Source: Clostridiales bacterium (GTDB taxonomy: Bacteria; Bacillota; Clostridia; TANB77; CAG-508). Taken from it: 64,000 nt of DNA. The notes under the pieces are model-generated. The model was not told the DNA's origin. It did no database searches and saw only the letters and a program-made list of their open reading frames with translations. The stretch covers positions 29,942 to 93,941 of the forward strand of contig SFKS01000002.1 of NCBI GenBank assembly GCA_004554705.1, written 5' to 3'. Shown here one piece after another: positions 47,008 through 54,985 of this stretch (its first letter is position 1; each line of letters opens with the position of its first letter). Both the position numbers and the translations under genes were made by a program.

Positions 47008-47074
47008 TTTTGTTTTTCTCCTTGTTTATTATTCTGTTTTCACCTATATTTAAAGGTTTCGGTGGAAAAGAAAA

Positions 47075-47099
47075 AAGAGAAAAATAATTTTTTTCTCTT
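47075..47099 (-). terminator. 10-bp perfect hairpin followed (minus strand) by a T-rich tract, inside the leader of gene 46609..47007
   Basis: AAGAGAAAAA-taatt-TTTTTCTCTT. On the minus strand it is followed by TTTTCTTTTCC. Confidence 0.45.
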
Positions 47100-47134
47100 A
47101 AATTTTTCCTATATACCTACACAGCAGTTTTCAA

Positions 47135-47176
47135 CTGCACATTATACTATATACATTATACTATATAAATGTTTTT
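47135..47176 (-). promoter_or_regulatory. archaeal-type promoter: AAAAACA-TTTATATA, 22 nt, TGCAG
   Basis: The TATA box is at 47169..47162 and TGCAG at 47139..47135 on the minus strand. The spacer contains the tandem 12-mer ATTATACTATAT x2. The architecture is near-identical at 54923-54962. Confidence 0.6.
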
Positions 47177-48410
47177 ATTTTTCCTCAAAATACGCAACAA
47201 TCTCATCCAACTCTGGGTCACAAAAAGGCTCAACCTCTATAGGAGGATACAACTTTTTAAATAAATCATCAGCCACCTTCTGTAAATCATCATCGGGAGA
47301 TACAGCTGAATCATATAAATCTAGCACAGATTCATCAAGCCCATCTGATTTTATCGCCTCTTTTAAAGCTTCCCTTGCAGATGGGAGCTCTTTATCCTGA
47401 TAATCTTTTAAATATAAAGTATCTTGAGAATTTAAATCATAGTAAGTAAATTTTGTCATTAAACTGTCATCGTTAATCCTATCCACTTGTTCTGCAATAA
47501 GGTTATAGGAATTAGTTTCATCTTCAATCGTTAAAAAAACAACTGGTTTTAGGTCAAGACTTTGCAGTTTTCTTTTTAATGTATCAAAAGTTGGAATTAT
47601 ATCCTTGCCGTTATTCTCTTTCGTAAAAGCATATTCTCTTATTAGATACTTTCTTTCTGGTGGAATATTAATAATTTTTTCACGTGATAAAATATCTAAA
47701 TTTTTTCTAGTGTCAATAATTGTTATCCCTTTTCCATTGTAAAATTCATTTAGGGCTTCACTACTGTTTAATCTTTCTATGCTTCCCGGTTGTATATAGA
47801 AGGTTTTTGTCCCGTCTATAAGTGTACTTTTTCTTTCATGTATGTGTCCACATATGATTATATCGAATTCTTGTACTGGGATATCATGTATGGATAATTT
47901 TGCTCCGGAAAATCCACAATATTCTTGGAATTCTTGGTGTAGGACTAAGATTTTTAATCTGTAGTTTTTTATTTCTTTTGCGAGTTTATGGATTTTTTCT
48001 TTTAATTCGGGGAGTTTATTGTTATTGTGGTATGGTAGTCCGACTATAGCGATATCGTCTTGTATGTATTTGTTGTTTTCGTTTAATAGTTGGTAGTCGA
48101 ATTCATTTGTGAAGAGTTCATCTGCAGGGATGTGGTGGGGTGTTTGTAGCATTGTGTGGTTTCCGATGATGTTTAGTACGTTGATGTTGTTTTTGTTTAA
48201 TTGTCTGATTCCTTCTTGGAATTGTGATATTGCTAGTGCTGATGGTTTGGGGGTGTCGAATATGTCTCCTGCTATGATTACTGTGTTTACTTTGTTTTTT
48301 ATTAGTTCTTGTATGTTTTTGTGGTATTGTGCATAGAAATCGTTTTCTAGTTCTATTATTCCGTAGTTTCTTTTGCCTAGGTGTAGGTCTGATATTATTC
48401 CTATTTTCAT
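47175..48410 (-). CDS. Mre11/SbcD-family calcineurin-like phosphoesterase nuclease
   Basis: Motifs are ISDLHLG, IIAGDIFD, GNHT, LVLHQEF and CGHIHE. The C-terminal extension is acidic. Confidence 0.82.
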   Translation of the reverse strand: MKIGIISDLHLGKRNYGIIELENDFYAQYHKNIQELIKNKVNTVIIAGDIFDTPKPSALAISQFQEGIRQLNKNNINVLNIIGNHTMLQTPHHIPADELFTNEFDYQLLNENNKYIQDDIAIVGLPYHNNNKLPELKEKIHKLAKEIKNYRLKILVLHQEFQEYCGFSGAKLSIHDIPVQEFDIIICGHIHERKSTLIDGTKTFYIQPGSIERLNSSEALNEFYNGKGITIIDTRKNLDILSREKIINIPPERKYLIREYAFTKENNGKDIIPTFDTLKRKLQSLDLKPVVFLTIEDETNSYNLIAEQVDRINDDSLMTKFTYYDLNSQDTLYLKDYQDKELPSAREALKEAIKSDGLDESVLDLYDSAVSPDDDLQKVADDLFKKLYPPIEVEPFCDPELDEIVAYFEEK

Positions 48411-48446
48411 AATAAAATACTCCTATAAATATAGTTAGTTTTTGTT

Positions 48447-48478
48447 AAAAAAAAGAAAACATCTAAAAAAGATGTTTC
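48447..48478 (-). terminator. hairpin plus T8 terminator (minus strand)
   Basis: On the minus strand, GAAACATC-tttttta-GATGTTTC is followed by TTTTTTTT. Confidence 0.5.
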
Positions 48479-48528
48479 CTTTTTAACATGAGCAACATAT
48501 ATAATATTAAACATAAACATATATATAC

Positions 48529-48765
48529 TTATCGATTCCTATCAGGAGTCACATACTGTACGAAAAACATATCAAAATCCTCCCTAGTCATCTCAGCAAC
48601 ACGCTCAGGAGGCAAAACACTATCAAAATTCTCCAATAAATGTTTTGCCCTAGCCCTACTATATTTCATATCATCAAACAATTCCAAAGACTCCTCAACC
48701 TCCTTCAAACAAGCATCAGCCTCATCTATGAAATCATTAACATCTTCTTTCCAATCTTCAATCAT
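48529..48765 (-). CDS. small acidic hypothetical protein
   Basis: 78-aa ORF overlapping the upstream gene by 4 nt. Confidence 0.5.
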   Translation of the reverse strand: MIEDWKEDVNDFIDEADACLKEVEESLELFDDMKYSRARAKHLLENFDSVLPPERVAEMTREDFDMFFVQYVTPDRNR

Positions 48766-49076
48766 TCACAAAACTCCTTAAAAAATAAAATTTTATTTTC
48801 TATATAATTTATCATACTTTTAGTATAATGAATATCCTTTTCTAAAGATTCCTTGTCTGCTAAATCATCAAGTAATTTTGATTTAACATAAGCGTCTCTT
48901 TGGTCTTTATTTGTTAAACCATGTCCTTTAAAATCTGTATTTAATATTAAATCACATTCTTTAACATAAATTTTATGTTTTACCGAAGCATACAAATCCT
49001 GTAATTCATAAAGTGTGTCCATCATTTTTTGTTGTTCCTCGAAAAGGTCTGTAATCGTTTCAGGTTTAATTTCCAT
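48762..49076 (-). CDS. hypothetical coiled-coil protein
   Basis: 104-aa ORF. Confidence 0.5.
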   Translation of the reverse strand: MEIKPETITDLFEEQQKMMDTLYELQDLYASVKHKIYVKECDLILNTDFKGHGLTNKDQRDAYVKSKLLDDLADKESLEKDIHYTKSMINYIENKILFFKEFCE

Positions 49077-49078
49077 TT

Positions 49079-50332
49079 TTAATCCTCTCCTTTTATTTTT
49101 TTACATATACTATAAACCATTCTTGCTTGGTTTTTCTTTTGTGGGTATTGTTGAGAAAAAATATTCATTATCTCTGATAAAGATAACTTTGGGTTTTCCT
49201 CGCATAATGTTCTCGCTATTTCTTGAATCCCAATTGGGACGGTTTTCGCATCCCATATTGCAAAGAATATTTTTTCTATTCTTTTTTTGGTTTTATTGGA
49301 TTCAACTATATCAATAGGGAAATCTTCTGCTAAATTTTCTTTAACATAATTTAAATAATGTTTTTTGTCTTGTTTATAAATAGCTTCTATTTTACTTCCG
49401 TATTCATCCCAATACTTTCTTACCTCTTTTTTTATTTCAACAGTCGGGATTCCTTTGTGTTTTAATTCTATTTCCTCTGGTTTTACTTTTAGGTATCCTC
49501 CTATTTGTTTCTGCATATTAGCTACAACACCTTCAGTTAGTACGAAACCATTAATATTATAACTTTCTTGGTTAACTTGAGATAATATTTTTTTTATTTT
49601 TTGAGTAAGCTCCGATAAAGATGTGAACAAACATGTGTTTAGTGAGATTTTGTTTTTCTCGAGATACTTATATAAGTATGGGGATATAGATGCTATCATG
49701 TAGAGTCCTTCATGTCCTTTAACATGTATTAATTTTTTTGGTCTTTTTAGTTCGTATTTTTGGGCGAGAGCGTCTAATGTGGAATTAGAACACATATGGT
49801 CTATGTTTATAGAATAAGCCCCGATTAGGGCTAAACTACAATATGCGTCTGGGTTATATATTTCATGTTGATTTAATACCCCATATAACTCAAACATTAA
49901 TACTATGTTATATTCTTTAACGATTTCTTCGATAGGGTATGTGATAGCTTTTTTTAATAAATTGAATATAAAATCATCCGCTATGACTGTGTTTCTTGTT
50001 TTTGGGATTACTTCTATAACCTCCCCATCCTGATACAAGGGATAATAAATAATACAACTACCATCTAATTTTTCATGGAATATTATTTCTTCTGTTTCAA
50101 TACCCTCTATTTTTTTTGAGTAGTAATGAATTTTTGGCATACTGTGTATGAATTGTGGATTATCCTCGTTGTTTACTTTTTCGATAAACATACTACCTAA
50201 ATATTCATTTGGTTTTCTACAAATATATCCCTCTATTATGTTTCCCTTTTTTGTTTTTTGTTTGAATTGATATAGGTCTTTTTTTTTAACTTTATCGTCA
50301 AAATATGTTTCTATTATGTGTTTTATTCTCAT
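49079..50332 (-). CDS. ATP-dependent RNA ligase-like nucleotidyltransferase (Rnl1/T4 RnlA-like)
   Basis: Covalent nucleotidyltransferase motifs are present: HEKLDGS (motif I, KxDG), MFELYG, TEGVVA (motif IV) and YLKVKPEEIELKH (motif V). Confidence 0.55.
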   Translation of the reverse strand: MRIKHIIETYFDDKVKKKDLYQFKQKTKKGNIIEGYICRKPNEYLGSMFIEKVNNEDNPQFIHSMPKIHYYSKKIEGIETEEIIFHEKLDGSCIIYYPLYQDGEVIEVIPKTRNTVIADDFIFNLLKKAITYPIEEIVKEYNIVLMFELYGVLNQHEIYNPDAYCSLALIGAYSINIDHMCSNSTLDALAQKYELKRPKKLIHVKGHEGLYMIASISPYLYKYLEKNKISLNTCLFTSLSELTQKIKKILSQVNQESYNINGFVLTEGVVANMQKQIGGYLKVKPEEIELKHKGIPTVEIKKEVRKYWDEYGSKIEAIYKQDKKHYLNYVKENLAEDFPIDIVESNKTKKRIEKIFFAIWDAKTVPIGIQEIARTLCEENPKLSLSEIMNIFSQQYPQKKNQARMVYSICKKIKGED

Positions 50333-50356
50333 TTCTCCACCTCTTATTTTTATTTT

Positions 50357-50743
50357 TTAACAAATAATAAAGATATTGCTTTCTTTTTTAGTTGTATTTG
50401 AATACATATTAAGTGGGATTTTAGATAATAATCTTTTAAATTCTCGTTCTTTTGATAAGAATTCTGTTTTTTTGCCTCTTGGGATTGTGACCAAAATTGT
50501 ATGGTTGTGATGGGTGATTGAAACTTTTATTTTTTTTCGGGTTAGGTAGTAGTTTCTGGGGAGTGTTGTTTCGAAGATTTTTTGTAGGTCTTTTTGTAAG
50601 CTTTTTTCTATTGTATGTAGCCTAAGGTATAAATAATTGAGTTTATCTTCATTGTCTTCGAGTTTTGCTGCTTCACAGTCTATATCTTCTATGGTTTTTG
50701 TAGCAGAATCAAGGTCAATTTTGATATTGGTCCAGTTTATCAT
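50357..50743 (-). CDS. hypothetical protein
   Basis: 128-aa ORF. Confidence 0.5.
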   Translation of the reverse strand: MINWTNIKIDLDSATKTIEDIDCEAAKLEDNEDKLNYLYLRLHTIEKSLQKDLQKIFETTLPRNYYLTRKKIKVSITHHNHTILVTIPRGKKTEFLSKEREFKRLLSKIPLNMYSNTTKKESNIFIIC

Positions 50744-50759
50744 TTGTTTCCCCTTTGTT

Positions 50760-51248
50760 TTAGTCTTCGTAGTCTTTTACGTAGAGTAGGTATGGGCGTG
50801 GGCCTGTGAGTTCTAATTGTGATTTTGCTCCGATGATTTTGTCTACTTCCTGTAATGCATCAAGTTGAATGTTGGGTTTGTCTATATAGAATTTTATATA
50901 GTTTTTTGTTATGGTTGCTTCTAGGCTTGGGCATGTGCATACTTTTTCTGCGAGTGCGTTTATTAGTTGTAGGAATGGTTTGAATTTGTTGTCAGGTTTA
51001 TCTATGTTTTCTTGTGAGTTTTCTAGGTCTCTGAATGTTAGTATGATTGAGTCGTCGTAGGTTGTTACGTCTGTTGCTATGGTGTAGTTTACGTGGGCTT
51101 CGATTGCTAGTATGTCTTTGATTGATAGTATTTTCCCATTTAGGAATGTGAATTGGATTTGTGGTTGTTTTATGCTGATTTCGTCTATTTCGTTGTCTGT
51201 TATTTTTTCGTTTAGTTCGTTGAATGTTTTAAATAATTTTTTCATCAT
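50760..51248 (-). CDS. hypothetical protein
   Basis: 162-aa ORF. Confidence 0.55.
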   Translation of the reverse strand: MMKKLFKTFNELNEKITDNEIDEISIKQPQIQFTFLNGKILSIKDILAIEAHVNYTIATDVTTYDDSIILTFRDLENSQENIDKPDNKFKPFLQLINALAEKVCTCPSLEATITKNYIKFYIDKPNIQLDALQEVDKIIGAKSQLELTGPRPYLLYVKDYED

Positions 51249-51549
51249 TTATGAGCTCTCCTATTTCGTTTTGTTTGATTATTTGGTCTACTGCTTGTAT
51301 CCATATGTCTCTGATTTTTGTGTTGTTTTCGTAGGCGTGTTGTTTTATTTTTGCTTTTAGTGTTGCGTCTACGTCTATGATTAGTGATTCTCTGTTTCTG
51401 GTTGTTGTGTGTTCTGTGATTGGGGTATTGTTTTCGAGTATGTTTGTTATTTCTTGTAGCACTATTTGTTTTATTGTTGTGTCTTTTAGTGCTGTGATTA
51501 TTTTTAGTTTTGCTTTTTTCTTTTTGTCTATTTCTATGTTTTCTAGCAT
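51229..51549 (-). CDS. possible tandem ribbon-helix-helix DNA-binding protein
   Basis: There are two RHH-like segments: KLKIITALKDTTIKQIVLQEITNILE and IDVDATLKAKIKQHAYENNTKIRDIWIQAVDQII. Confidence 0.45.
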   Translation of the reverse strand: MLENIEIDKKKKAKLKIITALKDTTIKQIVLQEITNILENNTPITEHTTTRNRESLIIDVDATLKAKIKQHAYENNTKIRDIWIQAVDQIIKQNEIGELINDEKII

Positions 51550-51603
51550 TTTTATGTCACCTTTATTTATTTATAGTATCTTGTTATATATATTTATTTC
51601 CTT

Positions 51604-53427
51604 TCATTCATATACTAAAGCCCCATTCTCTAACAAACGATTAACAATTGGGATTATTTCTGCATATGAGTCTGAATCAAGTTTTTTATATTCCCTTCTT
51701 ATTTTCTCTAATGTGTTAAGGTTCTCTGTTTGTATATCATTAAGTATTTGTTTTTCTTGTTCTCTTTCTATAGCATATGATTTAATTTTATCTTTTGATA
51801 ATTTTTGATATGCATTAGATGCAAGTTTAAATGGTTTTGTGTAATTTAATCCATCTAATGCTTCGAGGAAGTAGTCTGTTACGAGTGTTTTTGCTCCTAA
51901 TATTCTTTCTATGTCTTGGTCTAATAGGTATGTGATTGAAAAGTCGTCTGGAGCTCTGTTTGTTCTTCCATACATTTGTGAGAGTACGAGGCATTGTTGT
52001 CTGTATAGCCAGCCGAAATCTATTCTGTCTCTTTCTTTGACTTGTTTATCTCCAATATTGGGGAATGGGTTCTTACAGATTACTTGAAATCTTGCTTCAT
52101 CATATGGAAAGTCTACCCCCTCCCATGCATATGCTGATACGAGTATTTTATTTCCTTTGCTTTGTTTGAATAATTGTATTTTTTCCTCTCTGTCATGTGA
52201 ATCATGGAAGATAAATCTTGGATTATCTTTAAATTCTTGTCTAATCATATTACTAATCTTATAAGTATAGGTATGTATAACCCCCTTTTCATTAGGGTGT
52301 TGTTTTTGAATATTATCAATATGTGCAAATAATTGTTGTTTGTTGCTTTCTATGTTTCGTGAACTCATTGAACCTGCATAGTATTTTTTTACTGGTCTGT
52401 TTTCTGGGGGGATAATTGATGGTGTTTCTATGTATGTGTCAATTGTGATTCCTAATTCATCTGCGAGGATTTTTGGTTTTAGTATACTTCCGCTCATGAT
52501 AATGTTGTATGTTGATTGTGAGAAGAATGTGTCTGTGTATTGTTTTATCATGATTGGTTTGAAGACTATGTATTTGTATTGTTTGAATTGTTCTTGTTTG
52601 CATACCCAGTTGCTGGTGTCGAGTTGTATGTATTGTACTGTAGAGTTTATGGTTTGTGCTCTTCTTAAGTATCTGTCTGCTTTTTCTTTGTCTATTTTTT
52701 TGTATTTTTTTGCTTCTTGTTCGTATCTTTTTGCTATGTTTTCGAGTTCATCTATCCATGTGTAGATGTTTTCTGTGTAGTTTAGTTTGTAGTTTATGTC
52801 TTTTTTGAGTTGTTGTTGTGAGAGTTTGAGTTCTAGGAAGCTCATTATTTCTTTTTCTATGTTGTGTCCTTCGTCATATATTGTTATGTCTCTGTTTGGG
52901 AAGTGGTGTACGTATTTTTTATCTGTTAATGCATATGTGTAGTTGAGTAGTGTGACTGGTTCTTGTATTGCTTTTACTTTTTGTTCCCAGTATGGGCATG
53001 GTGTGTCTGTGTCTTTGAGTTGGAGTTTGTCTTCTGGGTTCGTTGAGTTTTTGTCAATTGTGATTCCATATGGGCATTTGAATCCGATTTCTTTTTTGCA
53101 TCTGCCTTCTTCGCAGGTGTTTTTTTCTGCGTGCATTATGCAGTTGAAGTTGGTTCTTCCTTTTCCTGTTTGTATGTTTTTGAAGTCTTTAGTATATTGG
53201 TCTTGTAGAAATTTTGTACTTGTATAAATATAGGTTTTGTATTGTTTTTTTTCGAGGAAATATTGGCTTAATACATATGCGATTAATGATTTTCCTAATC
53301 CCACACAGGCGTTTAATACAATGTTTTTGTGTCCTGCTTCGATTGCTTCTATGATTTTGATTATTGCTTCTTTTTGATGTGGTCTGAATTGTTTGTTTGC
53401 GAATGGTATGTATTGTTCTAAATTCAT
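51604..53427 (-). CDS. XPD/Rad3/DinG-family superfamily-2 helicase with Cys cluster
   Basis: Motifs are FRPHQKEAI, NACVGLGKS (Walker A), YDEGHN (DEAH-like) and YGRTNR. The Cys cluster is NCIMHAEKNTCEEGRCKKEIGFKCPYG. Confidence 0.8.
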   Translation of the reverse strand: MNLEQYIPFANKQFRPHQKEAIIKIIEAIEAGHKNIVLNACVGLGKSLIAYVLSQYFLEKKQYKTYIYTSTKFLQDQYTKDFKNIQTGKGRTNFNCIMHAEKNTCEEGRCKKEIGFKCPYGITIDKNSTNPEDKLQLKDTDTPCPYWEQKVKAIQEPVTLLNYTYALTDKKYVHHFPNRDITIYDEGHNIEKEIMSFLELKLSQQQLKKDINYKLNYTENIYTWIDELENIAKRYEQEAKKYKKIDKEKADRYLRRAQTINSTVQYIQLDTSNWVCKQEQFKQYKYIVFKPIMIKQYTDTFFSQSTYNIIMSGSILKPKILADELGITIDTYIETPSIIPPENRPVKKYYAGSMSSRNIESNKQQLFAHIDNIQKQHPNEKGVIHTYTYKISNMIRQEFKDNPRFIFHDSHDREEKIQLFKQSKGNKILVSAYAWEGVDFPYDEARFQVICKNPFPNIGDKQVKERDRIDFGWLYRQQCLVLSQMYGRTNRAPDDFSITYLLDQDIERILGAKTLVTDYFLEALDGLNYTKPFKLASNAYQKLSKDKIKSYAIEREQEKQILNDIQTENLNTLEKIRREYKKLDSDSYAEIIPIVNRLLENGALVYE

Positions 53428-53687
53428 TATTGTTCCTCCTCTGTGACTTTGACTATAATGGAGGTTCTTCCTCCGCCTTTTCTTTTTACTCCTTCTTCTT
53501 CTTTTATTCTTTTAACGAAGCTTCGTTGTTGTCCTCTTGTTATATTTAGTTTTTTTATAATTTGTGGGACACTGGTGTCTGTATGGTTGATATAGTAATG
53601 TTTGAATTGTGTGTAGAGTTGTTGTTCGTTTACGTTTGTCCCCTCTATTATGTGAAAGTTTGGTCTTGTTATTTTAATTCCCCCCAT
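53427..53687 (-). CDS. small HTH protein
   Basis: 86 aa. VPQIIKKLNITRGQQRSFVKRI is followed by a basic tail. Confidence 0.5.
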   Translation of the reverse strand: MGGIKITRPNFHIIEGTNVNEQQLYTQFKHYYINHTDTSVPQIIKKLNITRGQQRSFVKRIKEEEGVKRKGGGRTSIIVKVTEEEQ

Positions 53688-53696
53688 TTTTTTATA

Positions 53697-53894
53697 TTAT
53701 TCACCGAAATTTCCAAGTATGTACCTGTATGCGTCTCTTTCAGCTTCTAATAGTTTTATTTCTTCAATTATTTCTTCCATTCTACTTATGCATGGATAAT
53801 CGCTATTTATTTCGTCTTTGAGTTTTTGCATGAGTCTGAGTTTTACTGCTCCAGTTACGCCTAATGATTCTTTAACTGTGTTTTCGCTTAACAT
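53697..53894 (-). CDS. small hypothetical protein
   Basis: 65-aa ORF. Confidence 0.45.
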   Translation of the reverse strand: MLSENTVKESLGVTGAVKLRLMQKLKDEINSDYPCISRMEEIIEEIKLLEAERDAYRYILGNFGE

Positions 53895-54028
53895 GTTTTT
53901 TCCTTTTCTTTTTGTTTTCTTTTATAGTCTTTTTCTGCTTGTTTGATTTTGATTATGAATTCATTTATTTGTGTTTCTGGTAGGTCTACATTGATTATGT
54001 TTTTGTGTGTTGCGATTTGTAATTTCAT
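53888..54028 (-). CDS. small hypothetical protein
   Basis: ATG 54028 is preceded by AAGGAG. The ORF-track start at 54103 overlaps the upstream gene. Confidence 0.4.
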   Translation of the reverse strand: MKLQIATHKNIINVDLPETQINEFIIKIKQAEKDYKRKQKEKEKTC

Positions 54029-54033
54029 ATTTT

Positions 54034-54228
54034 TTATACTCCTTTTAATAGTGTTGGGTTGTTGTATACTTTTGCTGTTTCGTTGCCCCCTACTTTGAAG
54101 CATAGTAGGAGGAAAATCATTATGAGTATGATTGTTATTATAATGGGTAAGTATGGATTTATTTTTTCTATGGTTTTTTGTATTTTATTTTTGGGTTTTT
54201 GTTTGTTTAGTCTTACTGGTTTTTGCAT
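54034..54228 (-). CDS. small single-pass membrane protein
   Basis: 64 aa. The hydrophobic core is YLPIIITIILIMIFLLLCF. Confidence 0.5.
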   Translation of the reverse strand: MQKPVRLNKQKPKNKIQKTIEKINPYLPIIITIILIMIFLLLCFKVGGNETAKVYNNPTLLKGV

Positions 54229-54293
54229 TCTATTTCAACTCCGAATCCTTTTGTTAGTAGTGTTATTACTTGTATGAGTTCGTCTGGTGTCAT
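54213..54293 (-). CDS. 26-aa micro-ORF (hypothetical)
   Basis: Hand translation gives MTPDELIQVITLLTKGFGVEIECKNQ. AAGGAGG lies 12 nt upstream. Confidence 0.3.
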   Translation of the reverse strand: MTPDELIQVITLLTKGFGVEIECKNQ

Positions 54294-54297
54294 TTTT

Positions 54298-54477
54298 TTA
54301 TTTTGCCTCCTTTCTATGTAGTTTTTTTAGTTCTTTGTTTATTAGGTTGTTTGTTTTTTTCATGCATTTTTTCCAGTTTTTGCATTGGAATAGTTTGCAT
54401 TGTTGTAGTGGTATTGTTTGGTTGTTTTTTTTGATGCATGTGCATTTGTTTTGTTGTAGTTGTTTTAGTGTTGTCAT
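54298..54477 (-). CDS. 59-aa Cys-rich micro-protein (hypothetical)
   Basis: Hand translation gives MTTLKQLQQNKCTCIKKNNQTIPLQQCKLFQCKNWKKCMKK... It is below the ORF-track size cutoff. Confidence 0.35.
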   Translation of the reverse strand: MTTLKQLQQNKCTCIKKNNQTIPLQQCKLFQCKNWKKCMKKTNNLINKELKKLHRKEAK

Positions 54478-54483
54478 TTTTTA

Positions 54484-54792
54484 TCAGATTTGTTTTGCTT
54501 TGTTTTGTTGTATGTTTATTGTTTGTTGGTCTTGGTTGATTAGGTTGCATATTTGTTGTATTGTCTCTTCTGTTATGTCGTTTGTGTTTATTGTGAAGAG
54601 TGTGTGTATTCCTCTTTTTATGTTGTATACGTCTTGTTCTTGTTCGTATGTGCATTTGTTTTTTTCTGTGATTTCGAATTTTGCGAATACGTTTTGGTTT
54701 TTTGTTATGTCTATTACGTTTAGTTGGTCTTTTTGTATTATTGTGTAGTTGTTATCATCTATGTATTTTTTGAAGTTGTCGTATTTTGTCAT
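54484..54792 (-). CDS. hypothetical protein
   Basis: 102-aa ORF with an AGGAGGGG SD. Confidence 0.55.
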   Translation of the reverse strand: MTKYDNFKKYIDDNNYTIIQKDQLNVIDITKNQNVFAKFEITEKNKCTYEQEQDVYNIKRGIHTLFTINTNDITEETIQQICNLINQDQQTINIQQNKAKQI

Positions 54793-54839
54793 GGGTTTTT
54801 CCCCTCCTATTATATATAAATATAGTTTGTCGTTTTTTT

Positions 54840-54871
54840 AAAAAACCACACCCCCACACATGAGGGTGTGG
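54840..54871 (-). terminator. GC-rich 8-bp hairpin plus T6 (minus strand) inside a 5' leader
   Basis: On the minus strand, CCACACCC-tcatgtgtgg-GGGTGTGG is followed by TTTTTT. Confidence 0.45.
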
Positions 54872-54922
54872 CATTCCTCTTTCAAATTTCTAGGAGAAAA
54901 TCTAAAAGTAAAAAATTTCAAA

Positions 54923-54962
54923 CTGCATACTATACTATATCATAACAATTATATAAATGTTT
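54923..54962 (-). promoter_or_regulatory. archaeal-type promoter: CGAAACA-TTTATATA, 22 nt, TGCAG
   Basis: The TATA box is at 54957..54950 and TGCAG at 54927..54923. The TATACTATAT block sits at the same spacer offset as in the 47.1-kb copy. Confidence 0.6.
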
Positions 54963-54985
54963 CGCTATTTAGGTGCAAAAAAAAC

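Noticed and set aside
47062-47400. 112-aa plus-strand ORF spanning the 47.1-kb intergenic region and the 3' end of the Mre11-like gene.
   Set aside because: It starts at a GTG with no SD and covers the promoter/hairpin region. It overlaps the well-supported nuclease gene in antisense, and its translation is Ser-rich low-complexity.
54287-54748. 153-aa plus-strand ORF and 113-aa minus-strand ORF (54314..54655) with bizarre composition (Phe/Cys/Leu-rich, or Thr/Lys/Asn/His-rich).
   Set aside because: They are by-products of the extreme T+G strand bias, which removes stop codons in several frames. They overlap better-supported small genes that have SD sequences and coupled starts.
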